Positions 13,604 to 26,644 of a DNA stretch of 64,000 bases are shown one piece after another; within the stretch, counting starts at the first letter, position 1, and the number at the start of each line of letters is the position of its first letter. The stretch lies in assembly GCF_054482595.1 (NCBI RefSeq), contig NZ_CM137008.1; one strand, written 5' to 3'. The notes beneath the pieces are model-generated. The model saw only the letters and a program-made list of their open reading frames with translations, searched no databases and was not told the origin of the DNA. Both the position numbers and the translations under genes were made by a program.

Positions 13604-14509
13604 CTATATTTCCAGACACCTGTTATCACTTAACCCATTACTGGCTTGCTGCCGTAGATATTCCCGTGGCGAGCGATAACCCAGTGCACTATGCGGATGC
13701 CATTCGTTATAATGCTCGAATGCCTCTGCAAGGTTCTTTGCTGCCGTTAACCCGTCTGGTTTGGGCATGACACTGATGTAGTCACGCTTTATCGTTTTCA
13801 CGAAGCTCTCTGCTATGCCGTTACTCTCCGGACTCCGCACCGCCGTGTTCTTCGGTTCAAGCCCCAACATCCGGGCAAACTGCCGTGTTTCATTAGCCCG
13901 GTAGCATGAACCATTATCCGTCAGCCACTCTACTGGAGACGCCGGAAGCTCGTTGCCGAAACGGCGTTCCACCGCTCCCAGCATGACGTCCTGTACTGTT
14001 TCACTGTTGAAGCCGCCCGTAGTGACCGCCCAGTGCAGTGCCTCACGGTCACAGCAGTCCAGCGCGAACGTGACTCGCAGTTTTTCTCCGTTATCACAGC
14101 GGAACTCGAACCCGTCAGAGCACCATCGCTGATTACTTTCTTTCACAGCCACTCTGCCGGTATGTGCCCGTTTCGATGGCGGTACAGCGGGTTTTCGCTC
14201 AAGCAACAGCGCATTCTGGCGCATGATCCGGTAAATACGTTTGGCATTGATCGCAGGCATACCATCAAGTTCGGCCTGTCTGCGAAGCAGCGCCCATACC
14301 CGACGATAACCATATGTGGGCAGCTCTCCGATAACATGGTGTATACGGAGAAGCACATCCGTATCATCTGAGTGACGGCTGCGGCGACCATCTTTCCAGT
14401 CATCGGTTCGTCTGAGAATGACGTGCAACTGCGCACGCGACACCCGGAGACAACGGCTGACTAAGCTTACTCCCCATCCCCGGGCAATAAGGGCGCGTGC
14501 GCTATCCAC
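13604..14509 (-). CDS. insD: IS2 transposase OrfB (InsD, DDE integrase)
   Basis: 301-aa [23 protein letters not shown]... near-identical to IS2 InsD from memory. Confidence 0.9.
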
Positions 14510-14832
14510 TTTTTTGCACGCCCGTATTCAACGGCTTCTTTAAGGAGTTCATTTTCCATCGTTTTTTTGCCGAGCAGGCGCTGGAGTTCTTTAATCTGCT
14601 TCATGGCGGCAGCAAGTTCAGAGGCAGGAACGACCTGTTCTCCTGCGGCCACAGCAGTAAGACTTCCCTCCTGGTATTGCTTGCGCCAGAGAAATAACTG
14701 GCTGGCTGCCACACCGTGTTGCCGGGCAACAAGGGAGACTGTCATTCCCGGTTCAAAACTCTGCTGAACAATAGCGATCTTTTCCTGTGTAGTACGCCGT
14801 CTGCGTTTCTCCGGTCCTAAGACATCAATCAT
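14467..14832 (-). CDS. insC: IS2 transposase OrfA (InsC, HTH)
   Basis: ORF 14467..14877; start at [22 protein letters not shown] (14832); overlaps insD as expected for the frameshift-coupled pair. Confidence 0.9.
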
Positions 14833-15805
14833 CTGCTCTCCAATGACTAGTCTAAAAACTAGTATTAAGACTATCACTTAAATAAGTGATATTGGTTGTC
14901 TGGAGATTCAGGGGGCCAGTCTACAGCGCCATTCGTATCATGCTTTCGTCATCATTAGAAATATACTTACCTGAAACCTCTATTTCGAACTCTTCATTAC
15001 CCCCCACAACATTAGAAAACTCCCATGCAGAGAGTGCACCGCTACTTTTATGCCGCAACCGAAGGCAATTATGGTTACTCAGTTCCTGAGGCGTTTCAGG
15101 AATACCGTGTTCTTTTAAATAATCTGGCGATGCCACAGTAACCAGTTTAATAAGCGGAGAAACAGGAACGGCAGTCATATGCTCATCCAGTCCTTGCTCA
15201 AGACGTATGCCCACATCACAGCCGTCCGCAATAATGTTAGATAAACCGTCATCCATAATGAGTTCTATCTTTGTTTTGGGGTAACGAGTAAGAAACTCGC
15301 CAATATGAGGCTCAACAAGCATCCGTGCTGCAACACGGGAGGAATTTATTCTCAACAGGCCTGTAGGTTCAAGTTGGGTATCACCAACATCTTTCAAAGC
15401 ATCATCAATTTGCCCCAAAGCCGACACCAGCACTTCATACAGACGCTGTCCTTCCTCAGTAAGCGACATATTGCGGGTCGTACGGTATATCAGCTTGGTG
15501 TTAAGACGTTCCTCAAGAGATTTTAAATTCTGGGACAATGCGGCCCGCGTAATACCCATTTCAGAAGCGGCTCTGGAAAAACTGCCGGCACGAACAATCA
15601 GCGCAAACCAGGCAAGAGAAGGCAAAATTGAAGGCTCTATTTTCATCATTGTAAACCTTAACTTAACACTGTGATAGATATTAGACCATTGATGATAACC
15701 AATACAAGTCATACTATTACGCCGTTCTCGATATGAACACGAATGCCAGTTGCGGATAATAGAAATGATATTTAAATCTGTTTAGGCAAATCCCCGGAGC
15801 TTGAA

Positions 15806-16726
15806 ATGAAAACTGTTTCGATAAAACACACTTACTGGGATATAGCTGCTGATATCTATTTCCCTGACGATTTTAATAGTGAAAAAAAGTATCCTGCCAT
15901 TATCAGCGCCCATCCAATTGGAAGCTGCAAAGAACAGACATCGGGTAGTGTGTATGGTGCCGCCCTGGCAAAAGCTGGCTTTATCGTCATTGCTTTTGAT
16001 GCCAGTTTTCAGGGAAGCAGCGGTGGGGAACCGCGTTATCTGGAAGATCCAACAATGCGAGTAAAAGACTTCAGCATTGTCGTTGATTACCTTACCAGCT
16101 TACCTTACGTTGATGCCGGGCGTATTGGTGTACTGGGTATTTGTGGTGGAGGTGGATATGCCATTAATGCCGCAATGACAGAACGTCGAATTAAAGCTAT
16201 TGGTACTGTCACGGGTGCAAACTACGGGCGTCTTATGCGTGAGGGATTTACAGCGTTTAATCCTATCGGAGCACTCGAAGCAATGGCGCAACAAAGAACA
16301 GACGAAGCTAACGGCGCAAAACTTCGCGTAGATGATTTACTCCCCTCTTCTCCGGATGCAGCTCTTGAAGCGGGATTAACAGAAATAGACCTTTTTGAAG
16401 CCACAGAATATTATCGTTCGCCACGAGGCTATGCACCTAATGGGGTAAATCGTTCGCTATTCTCACATCAGACTGTTGCCGTGGGTTGGGATGCATTTCA
16501 TCTTGCAGAAGTCCTGTTAACTCAACCAATAATGGTTGTGGTGGGCGATAGAGTGGGCGCATTTGGTGCCTACCGTGACGGCTGCGAAATTATTGGCCGC
16601 GCTGCTTCAAAACATAAAGAGCTGGTCGTGGTTGAAGGTTATTCACATTACGACCTGTATGATAAGCCAGAACCTGTGAAACAGGCACTCGATAAATTAA
16701 TTCCTTTTTATAAAACACATTTATAA
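15806..16726 (+). CDS. Alpha/beta hydrolase (dienelactone-hydrolase-like)
   Basis: 306-aa ORF; nucleophile-elbow-like LGICGGGG; paralogous to the secreted hydrolase at 35494..36630. Confidence 0.75.
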   Translation: MKTVSIKHTYWDIAADIYFPDDFNSEKKYPAIISAHPIGSCKEQTSGSVYGAALAKAGFIVIAFDASFQGSSGGEPRYLEDPTMRVKDFSIVVDYLTSLPYVDAGRIGVLGICGGGGYAINAAMTERRIKAIGTVTGANYGRLMREGFTAFNPIGALEAMAQQRTDEANGAKLRVDDLLPSSPDAALEAGLTEIDLFEATEYYRSPRGYAPNGVNRSLFSHQTVAVGWDAFHLAEVLLTQPIMVVVGDRVGAFGAYRDGCEIIGRAASKHKELVVVEGYSHYDLYDKPEPVKQALDKLIPFYKTHL

Positions 16727-16735
16727 TAATTTTAC

Positions 16736-16756
16736 AGGGAGATCCCTTATCTCCCT
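16736..16756 (+). terminator. Hairpin after the hydrolase gene
   Basis: agggagatcccttatctccct inverted repeat. Confidence 0.4.
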
Positions 16757-16960
16757 GACATTTATCCTTTATTGACTACACAACAATAATAAAATTACTC
16801 AAAAAGAAATTTCATTAAAAAACAAAAAAGCAGCAACTCAATTATTAGAAACACTTTAAAGGGATTATAAATAAAGCCAGAACTCTTGGTTCCAAAGCTG
16901 GCAACAACTAACCAGTTAAAACATTCGCATCAAAATCAGATAAACATTTGAGGTATTGTT

Positions 16961-18103
16961 ATGACAAATAAACACCCATCATTGTTTTCTCCTTTTATGC
17001 TGACAGAAAAAATAAAGCTACGTAATCGTATCGTTATGGCTCCTATGACGACCTGGTCAGCGAATCCTGATGGAACCATCTCTGAGCAAGAACTCGAATT
17101 TTATAAACGCCGCTCACAAAATGTTGGTTTAGTAATAACAGGATGTACCTATGTCACGCCAAGCGGCATTGGGTTTACTCATGAATTTGCCGCATATGAC
17201 GACCGTTTCATTAACAGCCTTGAAAAGTTAGCAGCGGCAGCCCAAAGTGGGGGTGCTCCGGCTATTTTGCAGATTTTCCACGCCGGTAATAAAGCCATCC
17301 CGGAGCTTGTACCAAATAACGATGTTATTAGTGCCAGCGCATCAAGCGTAAAAAATGGTGACTTTATGAAGAGAGTGGTACAAAGCAGGGAAATGACTGA
17401 AAACGAAATTCAGGAAACCATTAGAGCATTCGGAGATGTCACAAAAAGGGCGATTAAAGCAGGTTTTGATGGCATTGAACTTCATGGTGCGCACGGATTC
17501 CTTCTACAGAATTTCTTCTCCCCTCTATTTAACCAGCGTAATGACCGATGGGGAGGAGATCTCGAAGGACGTATGCGCTTCCCGCTGGCCGTATTACAGG
17601 AAGTAAAAAATGTAGTCTATGAATATGCGACAAAGCCCTTTGCCATCGGTTACAGAATATCTCCTGAAGAATCTGCAACAGGGGGGCTGCGGATAGAGGA
17701 TACTTATAAACTCCTTGATCGGCTCATTTCATCCGGTATTTCGTATATACATACCTCGCTGGTCAGTATTAACGATAGCTACCCTGTTGAGTCGCCAAAT
17801 GGCCCCCGAACTATTGAATTGATTTTAAATCATATTGCAGGCAGAGTGCCGGTAATCGCTGCAGGTAAAATACGCACACCGTCTCAGGCTCAAGAAGCAA
17901 TTTCCACTGGCCTGCCACTTGTTGCGATCGGTAAAGGGCTGGTGATAAATCCAGAATGGGTGACTTTAGCTGAATCAGGTAGAGGCCATGAAATTCAAAC
18001 AACCCTTAATCCACAACTTGTTCCTGAATTAACCATTCCGGATAAACTATGGGATCAAATTCAGGCATCGAAAGGAACTGGCTGGTTTCCGTTAATGGAT
18101 TAA
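16961..18103 (+). CDS. NADH:flavin oxidoreductase, Old Yellow Enzyme family
   Basis: 380-aa ORF; OYE-type TIM-barrel signatures (RIVMAPMTT, LQIFHAGNKA, GFDGIELHGAHGFLLQNFFSP). Confidence 0.8.
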   Translation: MTNKHPSLFSPFMLTEKIKLRNRIVMAPMTTWSANPDGTISEQELEFYKRRSQNVGLVITGCTYVTPSGIGFTHEFAAYDDRFINSLEKLAAAAQSGGAPAILQIFHAGNKAIPELVPNNDVISASASSVKNGDFMKRVVQSREMTENEIQETIRAFGDVTKRAIKAGFDGIELHGAHGFLLQNFFSPLFNQRNDRWGGDLEGRMRFPLAVLQEVKNVVYEYATKPFAIGYRISPEESATGGLRIEDTYKLLDRLISSGISYIHTSLVSINDSYPVESPNGPRTIELILNHIAGRVPVIAAGKIRTPSQAQEAISTGLPLVAIGKGLVINPEWVTLAESGRGHEIQTTLNPQLVPELTIPDKLWDQIQASKGTGWFPLMD

Positions 18104-18576
18104 ATATCTATTACTCTCCCGAGAGTAAAACTATCAAATCAATGAGTAACCGATACAGCCTCACAAATTCTTTCAAATAATTAACCCGTCACTGCGGCAC
18201 GTTCTCTCATAAGGCGTGCCTGCAGTGTAATCCAGTATGTATCCGGCATAGTTGACGGTTTAATAGAGCTCAATTCCTCGCCCAGGTTACCAACAACGAT
18301 ATCTTGTATAACACCCCAGGAGATACGACATTATGATGAGATGCGATATGCTCCTCAGCGCCAATTAACGCCAGGACTGGGCCAGTCTTGAGATCAGACT
18401 CATTCCCGGAACTGACTTCAGGCGACATATATCAATGACGTTGGTGCAATAAAAGATAGCCGATGTAATACATCTATTCAAATTTGTGATACATGTCAAA
18501 AAATTGGTTGACCAAACTCGTTATTTATATAAGGGCACTTACGAAGTGCGCTCTTTTTTAAAGCGAGGAAGTACCA

Positions 18577-18678
18577 ATGAAAGAGAATAAAGTACAACAA
18601 ATCAGTCATAAACTGATTAATATCGTTGTTTTTGTCGCAATTGTAGAATACGCCTATTTATTTCTCCATTTCTATTAA
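18577..18678 (+). CDS. ykgR: Small 33-aa membrane protein YkgR
   Basis: ATG 18577 to TAA 18676-18678; MKENKVQQISHKLINIVVFVAIVEYAYLFLHFY; not in ORF track (below size cutoff); degraded paralog at 37927. Confidence 0.6.
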   Translation: MKENKVQQISHKLINIVVFVAIVEYAYLFLHFY

Positions 18679-19007
18679 TAACGGCAATAAACTGTTCACT
18701 TCAGTGATATTTAAAATATGCATCCTCTCCCTTTTTGTAAGTAATTATTATATCCGTGGGAGAGGAATACACGCTGTCAGGTAATCAATCATACTGCGAT
18801 AAATCATCGGCCAGTAAAGTGGAGATAACCTCCATTCTCGAAAAATCCATACTCTCAGCGAAACTATCATCAATCACTCATCCAGGCGTTTATGGGAGCG
18901 TCGCCAATGGCTGTTAACAATGCCAGACTTCCCCGTTGCGGAAATTCCACATACCACTAATGGTCACAGGGATTGGGTGTTGAAATGATCCGGATGAGCA
19001 TGTATCT

Positions 19008-19033
19008 TTATGGTTATGTTATAACATAACAGG
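19008..19033 (+). promoter_or_regulatory. Zur box (zinc-uptake-regulator operator) upstream of ykgM
   Basis: Palindromic tggttATGTTATAACATAACagg 6-30 bp upstream of the ykgM start; ykgM-ykgO are the classic zinc-independent ribosomal paralogs. Confidence 0.7.
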
Positions 19034-19038
19034 TAAAA

Positions 19039-19305
19039 ATGATGAAGCCCAATATCCATCCTGAGTATCGTACTGTGGTGTTCCACGACACCAGTGTTGA
19101 TGAGTACTTTAAAATCGGCTCGACTATCAAAACAGACCGTGAGATTGAGCTGGATGGCGTAACGTATCCGTACGTAACAATTGATGTCTCTTCGAAATCG
19201 CACCCGTTCTATACAGGGAAGCTGAGAACAGTGGCATCAGAAGGAAATGTTGCACGGTTCACCCAACGTTTTGGTCGTTTTGTTAGCACGAAAAAGGGGG
19301 CATGA
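19039..19305 (+). CDS. ykgM: 50S ribosomal protein L31 type B (zinc-independent paralog)
   Basis: [24 protein letters not shown]...; lacks the CxxC zinc ribbon; start may be 19042. Confidence 0.9.
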
Positions 19306-19445
19306 TGAAAGTCCTTAACTCTCTGCGTACCGCAAAAGAACGCCATCCAGACTGTCAGATTGTGAAGCGAAAAGGACGGCTGTATGTGATTTGTAAATCT
19401 AATCCACGTTTTAAGGCCGTTCAGGGTCGTAAGAAAAAACGTTGA
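19305..19445 (+). CDS. ykgO: 50S ribosomal protein L36 paralog (zinc-independent)
   Basis: 46-aa [46 protein letters not shown]; start overlaps the ykgM stop (ATGATG); not in ORF track. Confidence 0.9.
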   Translation: MKVLNSLRTAKERHPDCQIVKRKGRLYVICKSNPRFKAVQGRKKKR

Positions 19446-19496
19446 TTTAAAATTCGACGAATTAACGATATTTGTCTGATTAATAATCAGACCGGA

Positions 19497-19535
19497 TTAA
19501 TGTTGGTGTATTTATTACACCAGCATTAATTTTCC
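19497..19535 (+). terminator. Rho-independent terminator after ykgM-ykgO
   Basis: ttaatgttggtgta...tacaccagcattaa hairpin followed by tttt; a second smaller hairpin at 19474-19493. Confidence 0.55.
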
Positions 19536-20460
19536 TGGGGATGTATCTTCCTGTTCATTTAAGGTCAACTGCCTGACGTTTCTCTCCGAATATTCCATTA
19601 TATTAATGTTGACTTGTTGACCAGCTTCGCCCCTGTATGCTGGCATCAACCCTCTTTTAGACTGAACACGCCACTCAGTTTCCTCCCTTTGCGACGCAGC
19701 CTGCATTTACACTCAAACTGTTAAGATGATAAATGTGGTAAATCTGTTGGTACTGACATAAAAACGTTTACGCCACAGGAACGGCCTGATCCACCGGTAA
19801 CCCCATCGCCGACGTTCGAGTGCCAGTTAGAGTAACGCGCACAGATAACTGCACTCAGTGCCCTGGCAAAGAGGCCATCGTTCCTGTGACAACTGGCAGT
19901 CTTCGTTTAACTTCACTTAATTTGGCTCTTAGGGGGCTTACCGGACAGATGAAATACTTACACCTGTTTAATTTTTCATCACTTATTGGGATGAACACCC
20001 ATAACCATTTTGTGCGGCATGTTAATCCATTAAAACACCTTACTGATTGGCAAATCATCTTTAATTATGACTCATGATAGTTTTATATTCTATTTCTTAT
20101 CATTTAAACTTGTTTTTTTACTAGTCCATTACACAACACATTAAGACTATTCCTAACACCTCAGGGCAAAGTTCCTGGCTAATATAAAATGCAAGTAAGA
20201 ATTGAACGATATATTGCCAATAACCTTATGAAACTGAATGTCTTTTTCTTCTTATCAAAAAAGCAATATTTTCATTTTTTGTAAATATTGACTTAACCAT
20301 GGAATTCCTTTTTCGTTCACATATTGACACTGATCGGGAAAAAAACATAAATTTAAGCCCAATCGAAAATAATTAAACTTAATCTCGTTTAACCTATATT
20401 GATATGTGCTACGTATCTTATTTACTTCCGATTTACTAAAGAAACTGAATGTACCTGTAA

Positions 20461-21072
<612 letters not shown>

Positions 21073-21146
21073 ACTCCAGACAAGTTAGTTTTAAAAAATG
21101 ACTCACCGGGACTTCATGTCCTCAATTCAACTCGGGAAGAAAAGCA

Positions 21147-21734
21147 ATGAAAAAAAAGGTTCTGGCAATAGCTCTGGTAACGGTGTTTACCGGTATAGGT
21201 GTGGCGCAGGCTGCTGACGTAACAGCTCAGGCTGTAGCGACCTGGTCAGCAACAGCCAAAAAAGACACCACCAGTAAGCTGGTTGTGACGCCACTCGGTA
21301 GCCTGGCGTTCCAGTATGCCGAAGGCATTAAAGGTTTTAACTCACAGAAAGGTCTATTTGACGTGGCTATCGAGGGTGACTCAACGGCTACCGCCTTTAA
21401 ACTGACCTCACGTCTTATCACCAACACATTAACCCAGTTGGATACCTCAGGTTCCACACTGAATGTGGGCGTGGATTATAACGGCGCGGCAGTCGAAAAA
21501 ACTGGCGATACCGTGATGATCGATACCGCCAACGGCGTACTGGGCGGCAACCTTAGCCCGCTGGCTAACGGTTACAATGCCAGCAATCGTACCACCGCAC
21601 AGGATGGTTTCACCTTCTCCATCATCAGCGGCACCACCAATGGTACCACCGCAGTAACCGATTACAGCACTCTACCGGAAGGCATCTGGAGCGGCGACGT
21701 TAGCGTACAGTTCGACGCGACCTGGACCAGTTAA
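21147..21734 (+). CDS. ecpA: E. coli common pilus major pilin EcpA (MatB)
   Basis: 195-aa ORF; signal peptide [22 protein letters not shown]; sequence recognised as EcpA. Confidence 0.9.
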   Translation: MKKKVLAIALVTVFTGIGVAQAADVTAQAVATWSATAKKDTTSKLVVTPLGSLAFQYAEGIKGFNSQKGLFDVAIEGDSTATAFKLTSRLITNTLTQLDTSGSTLNVGVDYNGAAVEKTGDTVMIDTANGVLGGNLSPLANGYNASNRTTAQDGFTFSIISGTTNGTTAVTDYSTLPEGIWSGDVSVQFDATWTS

Positions 21735-21749
21735 TCTCTCTGATGTACC

Positions 21750-21775
21750 AGCAGGGGTAGCCCCCCTGCTTTATT
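21750..21775 (+). terminator. Hairpin after ecpA (intra-operon attenuator)
   Basis: agcaggggtagcccccctgct then ttatt; consistent with pilin being over-expressed relative to downstream genes. Confidence 0.5.
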
Positions 21776-21791
21776 CCTGGACGGAATTGTT

Positions 21792-22460
21792 ATGAAAAAG
21801 CACCTTCTGCTTCTCGCTCTGCTGTTATCCGGAATATCTCCGGCCCAGGCGCTGGATGTCGGCGATATATCATCGTTTATGAACAGTGACAGCAGCACGC
21901 TGAGCAAAACGATCAAAAACAGTACCGACAGTGGTCGCCTCATCAATATCCGTCTCGAACGGCTCTCTTCACCGCTTGACGACGGGCAGGTTATCGCAAT
22001 GGACAAGCCGGATGAGTTGCTACTCACTCCCGCCAGCTTGCTGCTACCCGCCCAAGCCAGCGAAGTGATCCGCTTCTTCTATAAGGGACCAGCAGATGAA
22101 AAAGAGCGCTACTACCGCATTGTCTGGTTTGATCAGGCCCTCAGTGATGCGCAGCGCGATAATGCCAACCGCAGCGCTGTGGCCACTGCTTCCGCCCGCA
22201 TCGGCACCATTCTGGTCGTCGCACCCCGCCAGGCAAACTACCACTTTCAGTACGCCAACGGCTCCCTGACAAATACAGGAAATGCGACGCTGCGGATCCT
22301 CGCCTACGGCCCCTGCCTGAAAGCCGCCAATGGTAAAGAGTGTAAAGAGAATTACTACCTGATGCCGGGCAAGTCGCGTCGTTTTACCCGCGTGGACACG
22401 GCGGATAACAAAGGACGGGTTGCACTTTGGCAGGGTGATAAGTTCATTCCCGTGAAATAG
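21792..22460 (+). CDS. ecpB: Pilus periplasmic chaperone EcpB
   Basis: 222-aa ORF with signal peptide; position in ecp operon. Confidence 0.85.
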   Translation: MKKHLLLLALLLSGISPAQALDVGDISSFMNSDSSTLSKTIKNSTDSGRLINIRLERLSSPLDDGQVIAMDKPDELLLTPASLLLPAQASEVIRFFYKGPADEKERYYRIVWFDQALSDAQRDNANRSAVATASARIGTILVVAPRQANYHFQYANGSLTNTGNATLRILAYGPCLKAANGKECKENYYLMPGKSRRFTRVDTADNKGRVALWQGDKFIPVK

Positions 22461-22485
22461 ATAGCTGTGCAGATGGATAACGACA

Positions 22486-25011
22486 ATGCCTTTACGACGG
22501 TTCTCCCCAGGACTGAAAGCCCAGTTTGCCTTCGGCATGGTCTTTTTGTTCGTTCAGCCCGATGCCAGCGCTGCTGACATAAGTGCGCAGCAAATAGGTG
22601 GGGTGATTATTCCGCAGGCCTTCAGTCAGGCGCTTCAGGACGGCATGAGCGTCCCGCTCTATATTCATCTCGCCGGTAGTCAGGGTCGCCAGGACGATCA
22701 GCGAATCGGCAGCGCTTTTATCTGGCTGGATGATGGACAGCTACGCATCCGGAAAATACAGCTGGAAGAGAGTGAAGATAACGCCAGTGTCAGCGAACAA
22801 ACTCGACAGCAGCTGATGGCTCTGGCAAACGCCCCGTTCAATGAGGCCCTTACCATCCCCCTGACTGACAACGCGCAGCTGGATCTCAGCTTGCGCCAAC
22901 TGCTGCTGCAGCTGGTGGTCAAGCGCGAAGCGCTGGGCACTGTACTACGCTCACGTAGCGAAGACATCGGGCAGTCCAGTGTTAACACCCTCAGCAGTAA
23001 TCTGAGCTATAACTTCGGCATCTATAACAACCAGTTGCGTAACGGCGGGAGTAACACATCCAGCTATCTGTCGCTGAATAACGTTACTGCACTGCGCGAA
23101 CATCATGTGGTGCTCGACGGCTCGCTGTACGGGATCGGTAGCGGTCAACAGGACAGTGAATTATATAAAGCGATGTATGAACGCGATTTTGCCGGTCACC
23201 GATTTGCCGGTGGAATGCTCGACACCTGGAACTTGCAGTCCTTAGGGCCGATGACCGCCATTTCAGCAGGGAAGATTTACGGCCTTTCCTGGGGAAACCA
23301 GGCCAGCTCCACCATCTTCGACAGCAGCCAGTCAGCCACGCCAGTGATCGCCTTTTTACCGGCGGCGGGCGAAGTACATCTCACCCGTGATGGGCGGTTA
23401 CTAAGCGTTCAGAACTTCACCATGGGCAATCATGAAGTGGATACCCGGGGTCTACCGTACGGTATTTACGATGTGGAAGTTGAGGTGATCGTTAACGGTC
23501 GCGTGATCAGCAAACGCACTCAACGGGTCAATAAGCTGTTTAGCCGGGGGCGCGGCGTCGGTGCACCACTGGCGTGGCAGATATGGGGCGGTAGCTTTCA
23601 TATGGATCGCTGGTCGGAAAACGGGAAAAAGACGCGACCAGCTAAAGAGAGTTGGCTGGCAGGTGCCTCGACCTCCGGCTCACTGAGTACGCTTAGCTGG
23701 GCGGCAACGGGATATGGATACGATAATCAGGCGGTGGGTGAAACCCGTCTGACGCTGCCGCTTGGGGGAGCGATCAACGTTAACCTGCAAAATATGCTGG
23801 CCAGTGACAGCTCATGGAGCAACATCGCCAGCATCAGCGCCACTCTACCGGGAGGCTTTAGTTCGCTGTGGGTTAACCAGGAAAAAACCCGCATTGGCAA
23901 TCAATTGCGACGTAGCGATGCCGACAACCGTGCAATCGGCGGCACACTCAACCTGAACTCACTGTGGTCGAAGCTGGGCACATTCAGCATCAGCTACAAT
24001 GATGACCGCCGTTACAACAGCCATTATTACACGGCAGATTACTATCAAAATGTCTACAGCGGTCCCTTTGGTTCGCTTGGCCTGCGGGCCGGTATTCAGC
24101 GCTATAACAACGGCGACAGCAACGCCAATACAGGGAAATATATCGCTCTCGATCTCTCGCTACCACTGGGCAACTGGTTTAGCGCAGGGATGACTCATCA
24201 AAACGGCTACACCATGGCAAACCTGTCAGCACGCAAGCAGTTTGATGAAGGGACCATTCGCACTGTTGGTGCCAATCTGTCACGAGCCATCTCCGGCGAT
24301 ACCGGTGATGACAAAACTCTCAGTGGTGGGGCGTATGCACAGTTCGACGCTCGCTACGCCAGCGGAACGCTGAACGTCAATAGCGCGGCGGACGGCTACG
24401 TCAATACCAATTTAACCGCCAATGGCAGCGTCGGCTGGCAGGGTAAAAACATTGCTGCCAGCGGGCGGACTGATGGCAACGCTGGGGTGATATTCAACAC
24501 CGGGCTGGAGGACGACGGTCAGATCAGCGCCAAAATCAACGGGCGGATTTTCCCGCTTAACGGCAAGCGTAACTATCTCCCGCTCTCTCCCTATGGAAGA
24601 TATGAGGTGGAGTTACAGAACAGCAAAAACTCACTCGACAGTTACGATATCGTCAGCGGTCGCAAAAGTCATCTGACTCTCTATCCAGGCAATGTCGCTG
24701 TCATTGAGCCAGAGGTGAAGCAGATGGTTACCGTCTCCGGTCGTATCCGTGCGGAAGACGGCACACTGCTGGCTAACGCACGGATTAACAACCATATCGG
24801 CCGAACCCGAACCGATGAAAACGGCGAGTTTGTCATGGACGTGGATAAGAAATACCCCACTATCGATTTTCGCTACAGTGGCAATAAAACCTGCGAAGTG
24901 GCACTGGAACTCAACCAGGCGCGCGGTGCCGTCTGGGTCGGTGATGTGGTCTGCAGCGGCCTCTCATCGTGGGCGGCGGTGACGCAGACAGGAGAAGAGA
25001 ATGAGAGTTAA
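22486..25011 (+). CDS. ecpC: Pilus outer-membrane usher EcpC
   Basis: 841-aa ORF; signal peptide; size and position typical of usher. Confidence 0.85.
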   Translation: MPLRRFSPGLKAQFAFGMVFLFVQPDASAADISAQQIGGVIIPQAFSQALQDGMSVPLYIHLAGSQGRQDDQRIGSAFIWLDDGQLRIRKIQLEESEDNASVSEQTRQQLMALANAPFNEALTIPLTDNAQLDLSLRQLLLQLVVKREALGTVLRSRSEDIGQSSVNTLSSNLSYNFGIYNNQLRNGGSNTSSYLSLNNVTALREHHVVLDGSLYGIGSGQQDSELYKAMYERDFAGHRFAGGMLDTWNLQSLGPMTAISAGKIYGLSWGNQASSTIFDSSQSATPVIAFLPAAGEVHLTRDGRLLSVQNFTMGNHEVDTRGLPYGIYDVEVEVIVNGRVISKRTQRVNKLFSRGRGVGAPLAWQIWGGSFHMDRWSENGKKTRPAKESWLAGASTSGSLSTLSWAATGYGYDNQAVGETRLTLPLGGAINVNLQNMLASDSSWSNIASISATLPGGFSSLWVNQEKTRIGNQLRRSDADNRAIGGTLNLNSLWSKLGTFSISYNDDRRYNSHYYTADYYQNVYSGPFGSLGLRAGIQRYNNGDSNANTGKYIALDLSLPLGNWFSAGMTHQNGYTMANLSARKQFDEGTIRTVGANLSRAISGDTGDDKTLSGGAYAQFDARYASGTLNVNSAADGYVNTNLTANGSVGWQGKNIAASGRTDGNAGVIFNTGLEDDGQISAKINGRIFPLNGKRNYLPLSPYGRYEVELQNSKNSLDSYDIVSGRKSHLTLYPGNVAVIEPEVKQMVTVSGRIRAEDGTLLANARINNHIGRTRTDENGEFVMDVDKKYPTIDFRYSGNKTCEVALELNQARGAVWVGDVVCSGLSSWAAVTQTGEENES

Positions 25012-26644
25012 CCTACTGATAGCGATGATAATCTTTGCGCTAATCTGGCCAGTAACTGCGCTCAGAGCGGCAGTGAGCAAAACAACCTGGGCGGATGCAC
25101 CGGCACGCGAGTTTGTGTTTGTCGAAAACAACTCAGACGACAACTTTTTCGTCACTCCTGGCGGGGCGCTGGATCCGCGCCTGACCGGTGCCAACCGCTG
25201 GACCGGTTTAAAATACAATGGTTCAGGAACCATCTATCAGCAAAGCCTCGGCTACATTGATAACGGTTACAACACCGGCCTTTATACCAACTGGAAGTTT
25301 GATATGTGGCTGGAAAATTCACCAGTTTCATCTCCTTTAACTGGCTTGCGCTGCATCAACTGGTACGCTGGGTGTAATATGACCACCAGTCTTATCCTGC
25401 CGCAAACCACCGACACCAGTGGATTTTATGGCGCGACGGTGACCAGCGGCGGCGCGAAGTGGATGCACGGCATGTTGTCAGACGCGTTTTACCAGTATCT
25501 GCAACAAATGCCCGTCGGCAGCAGCTTTACAATGACCATCAATGCCTGCCAGACCTCTGTGAACTATGACGCCAGCAGCGGCGCACGCTGTAAGGATCAG
25601 GCCTCCGGCAACTGGTATGTTCGCAACGTCACCCATACGAAAGCAGCAAACCTACGGTTGATAAATACCCACTCGCTGGCGGAAGTATTTATCAACAGCG
25701 ACGGAGTACCGACTCTGGGCGAAGGGAACGCCGACTGCCGGACGCAAACCATCGGCAGCCGTTCAGGATTAAGTTGTAAGATGGTTAACTATACCCTGCA
25801 AACAAACGGACTCAGCAACACCTCAATCCATATATTCCCGGCGATCGCCAACTCGTCGTTAGCCTCGGCCATCGGGGCGTACGATATGCAGTTCAGTCTG
25901 AATGGCAGTTCATGGAAACCGGTGAGCAATACTGCCTATTACTACACCTTCAACGAGATGAAGAGCGCAGACTCGATCTATGTTTTCTTCTCGAGCAACT
26001 TCTTTAAGCAGATGGTGAACCAGGGAATCAGCGATATCAACACCAAAGATCTATTCAACTTTCGCTTTCAGAACACCACATCACCGGAGTCTGGCTGGTA
26101 TGAATTTTCTACCTCCAACACGCTGATTATCAAACCCCGTGATTTCAGCATCAGTATTATCTCCGATGAATATACTCAGACACCGTCGCGGGAGGGATAT
26201 GTTGGCAGCGGCGAGTCGGCACTCGATTTCGGCTATATCGTAACCACCAGCGGTAAAACAGCTGCCGACGAAGTGCTGATCAAGGTGACCGGACCCGCGC
26301 AGGTGATTGGCGGGCGCTCCTATTGTGTCTTCAGCTCCGATGACGGTAAGGCGAAAGTACCGTTCCCGGCGACGCTTTCCTTTATTACCCGCAACGGAGC
26401 TACAAAAACCTACGATGCCGGGTGCGATGATAGCTGGCGGGATATGACCGATGCGCTGTGGCTGACCACACCGTGGACTGATATCTCTGGCGAAGTGGGG
26501 CAGATGGATAAGACCACAGTCAAATTTTCGATTCCAATGGATAACGCCATTTCGCTGCGTACGGTAGATGATAACGGCTGGTTTGGCGAAGTCAGCGCTT
26601 CAGGAGAAATTCATGTTCAGGCGACGTGGCGTAACATTAACTAA
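25001..26644 (+). CDS. ecpD: Pilus tip adhesin EcpD
   Basis: 547-aa ORF with signal peptide; 11-bp overlap with ecpC. Confidence 0.85.
   Translation: MRVNLLIAMIIFALIWPVTALRAAVSKTTWADAPAREFVFVENNSDDNFFVTPGGALDPRLTGANRWTGLKYNGSGTIYQQSLGYIDNGYNTGLYTNWKFDMWLENSPVSSPLTGLRCINWYAGCNMTTSLILPQTTDTSGFYGATVTSGGAKWMHGMLSDAFYQYLQQMPVGSSFTMTINACQTSVNYDASSGARCKDQASGNWYVRNVTHTKAANLRLINTHSLAEVFINSDGVPTLGEGNADCRTQTIGSRSGLSCKMVNYTLQTNGLSNTSIHIFPAIANSSLASAIGAYDMQFSLNGSSWKPVSNTAYYYTFNEMKSADSIYVFFSSNFFKQMVNQGISDINTKDLFNFRFQNTTSPESGWYEFSTSNTLIIKPRDFSISIISDEYTQTPSREGYVGSGESALDFGYIVTTSGKTAADEVLIKVTGPAQVIGGRSYCVFSSDDGKAKVPFPATLSFITRNGATKTYDAGCDDSWRDMTDALWLTTPWTDISGEVGQMDKTTVKFSIPMDNAISLRTVDDNGWFGEVSASGEIHVQATWRNIN

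Larger units (their letters stand above)
13593..14923 (-). mobile_element. IS2 insertion sequence, complete (1331 bp)
   Basis: Ends TGGATTTGCCCCTATATTTCCAGACA (13593) and GGGGGCCAGTCTA (14923) match remembered IS2 termini; flanked by direct repeat CAGCG (13588-13592 and 14924-14928); contains insC and insD. Confidence 0.9.
13387..15649 (-). pseudogene. LysR-family regulator gene split by an IS2 insertion
   Basis: N-terminal part 14924..15649 (MMKIEPSILPSLAWFALIVRAGSFSRAASEMGITRAALSQ...MIRMAL) and C-terminal part 13387..13592 (NGTGIIQHLDF...FPGFYIYVSS) are in frame once IS2 and one TSD copy are removed. Confidence 0.85.

Noticed and set aside
18130-18576. About 450 bp of non-coding sequence between the OYE gene and ykgR
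   Set aside because: No ORF with translation signals and no repeat or RNA structure I could support; probably promoter/leader or decayed sequence.
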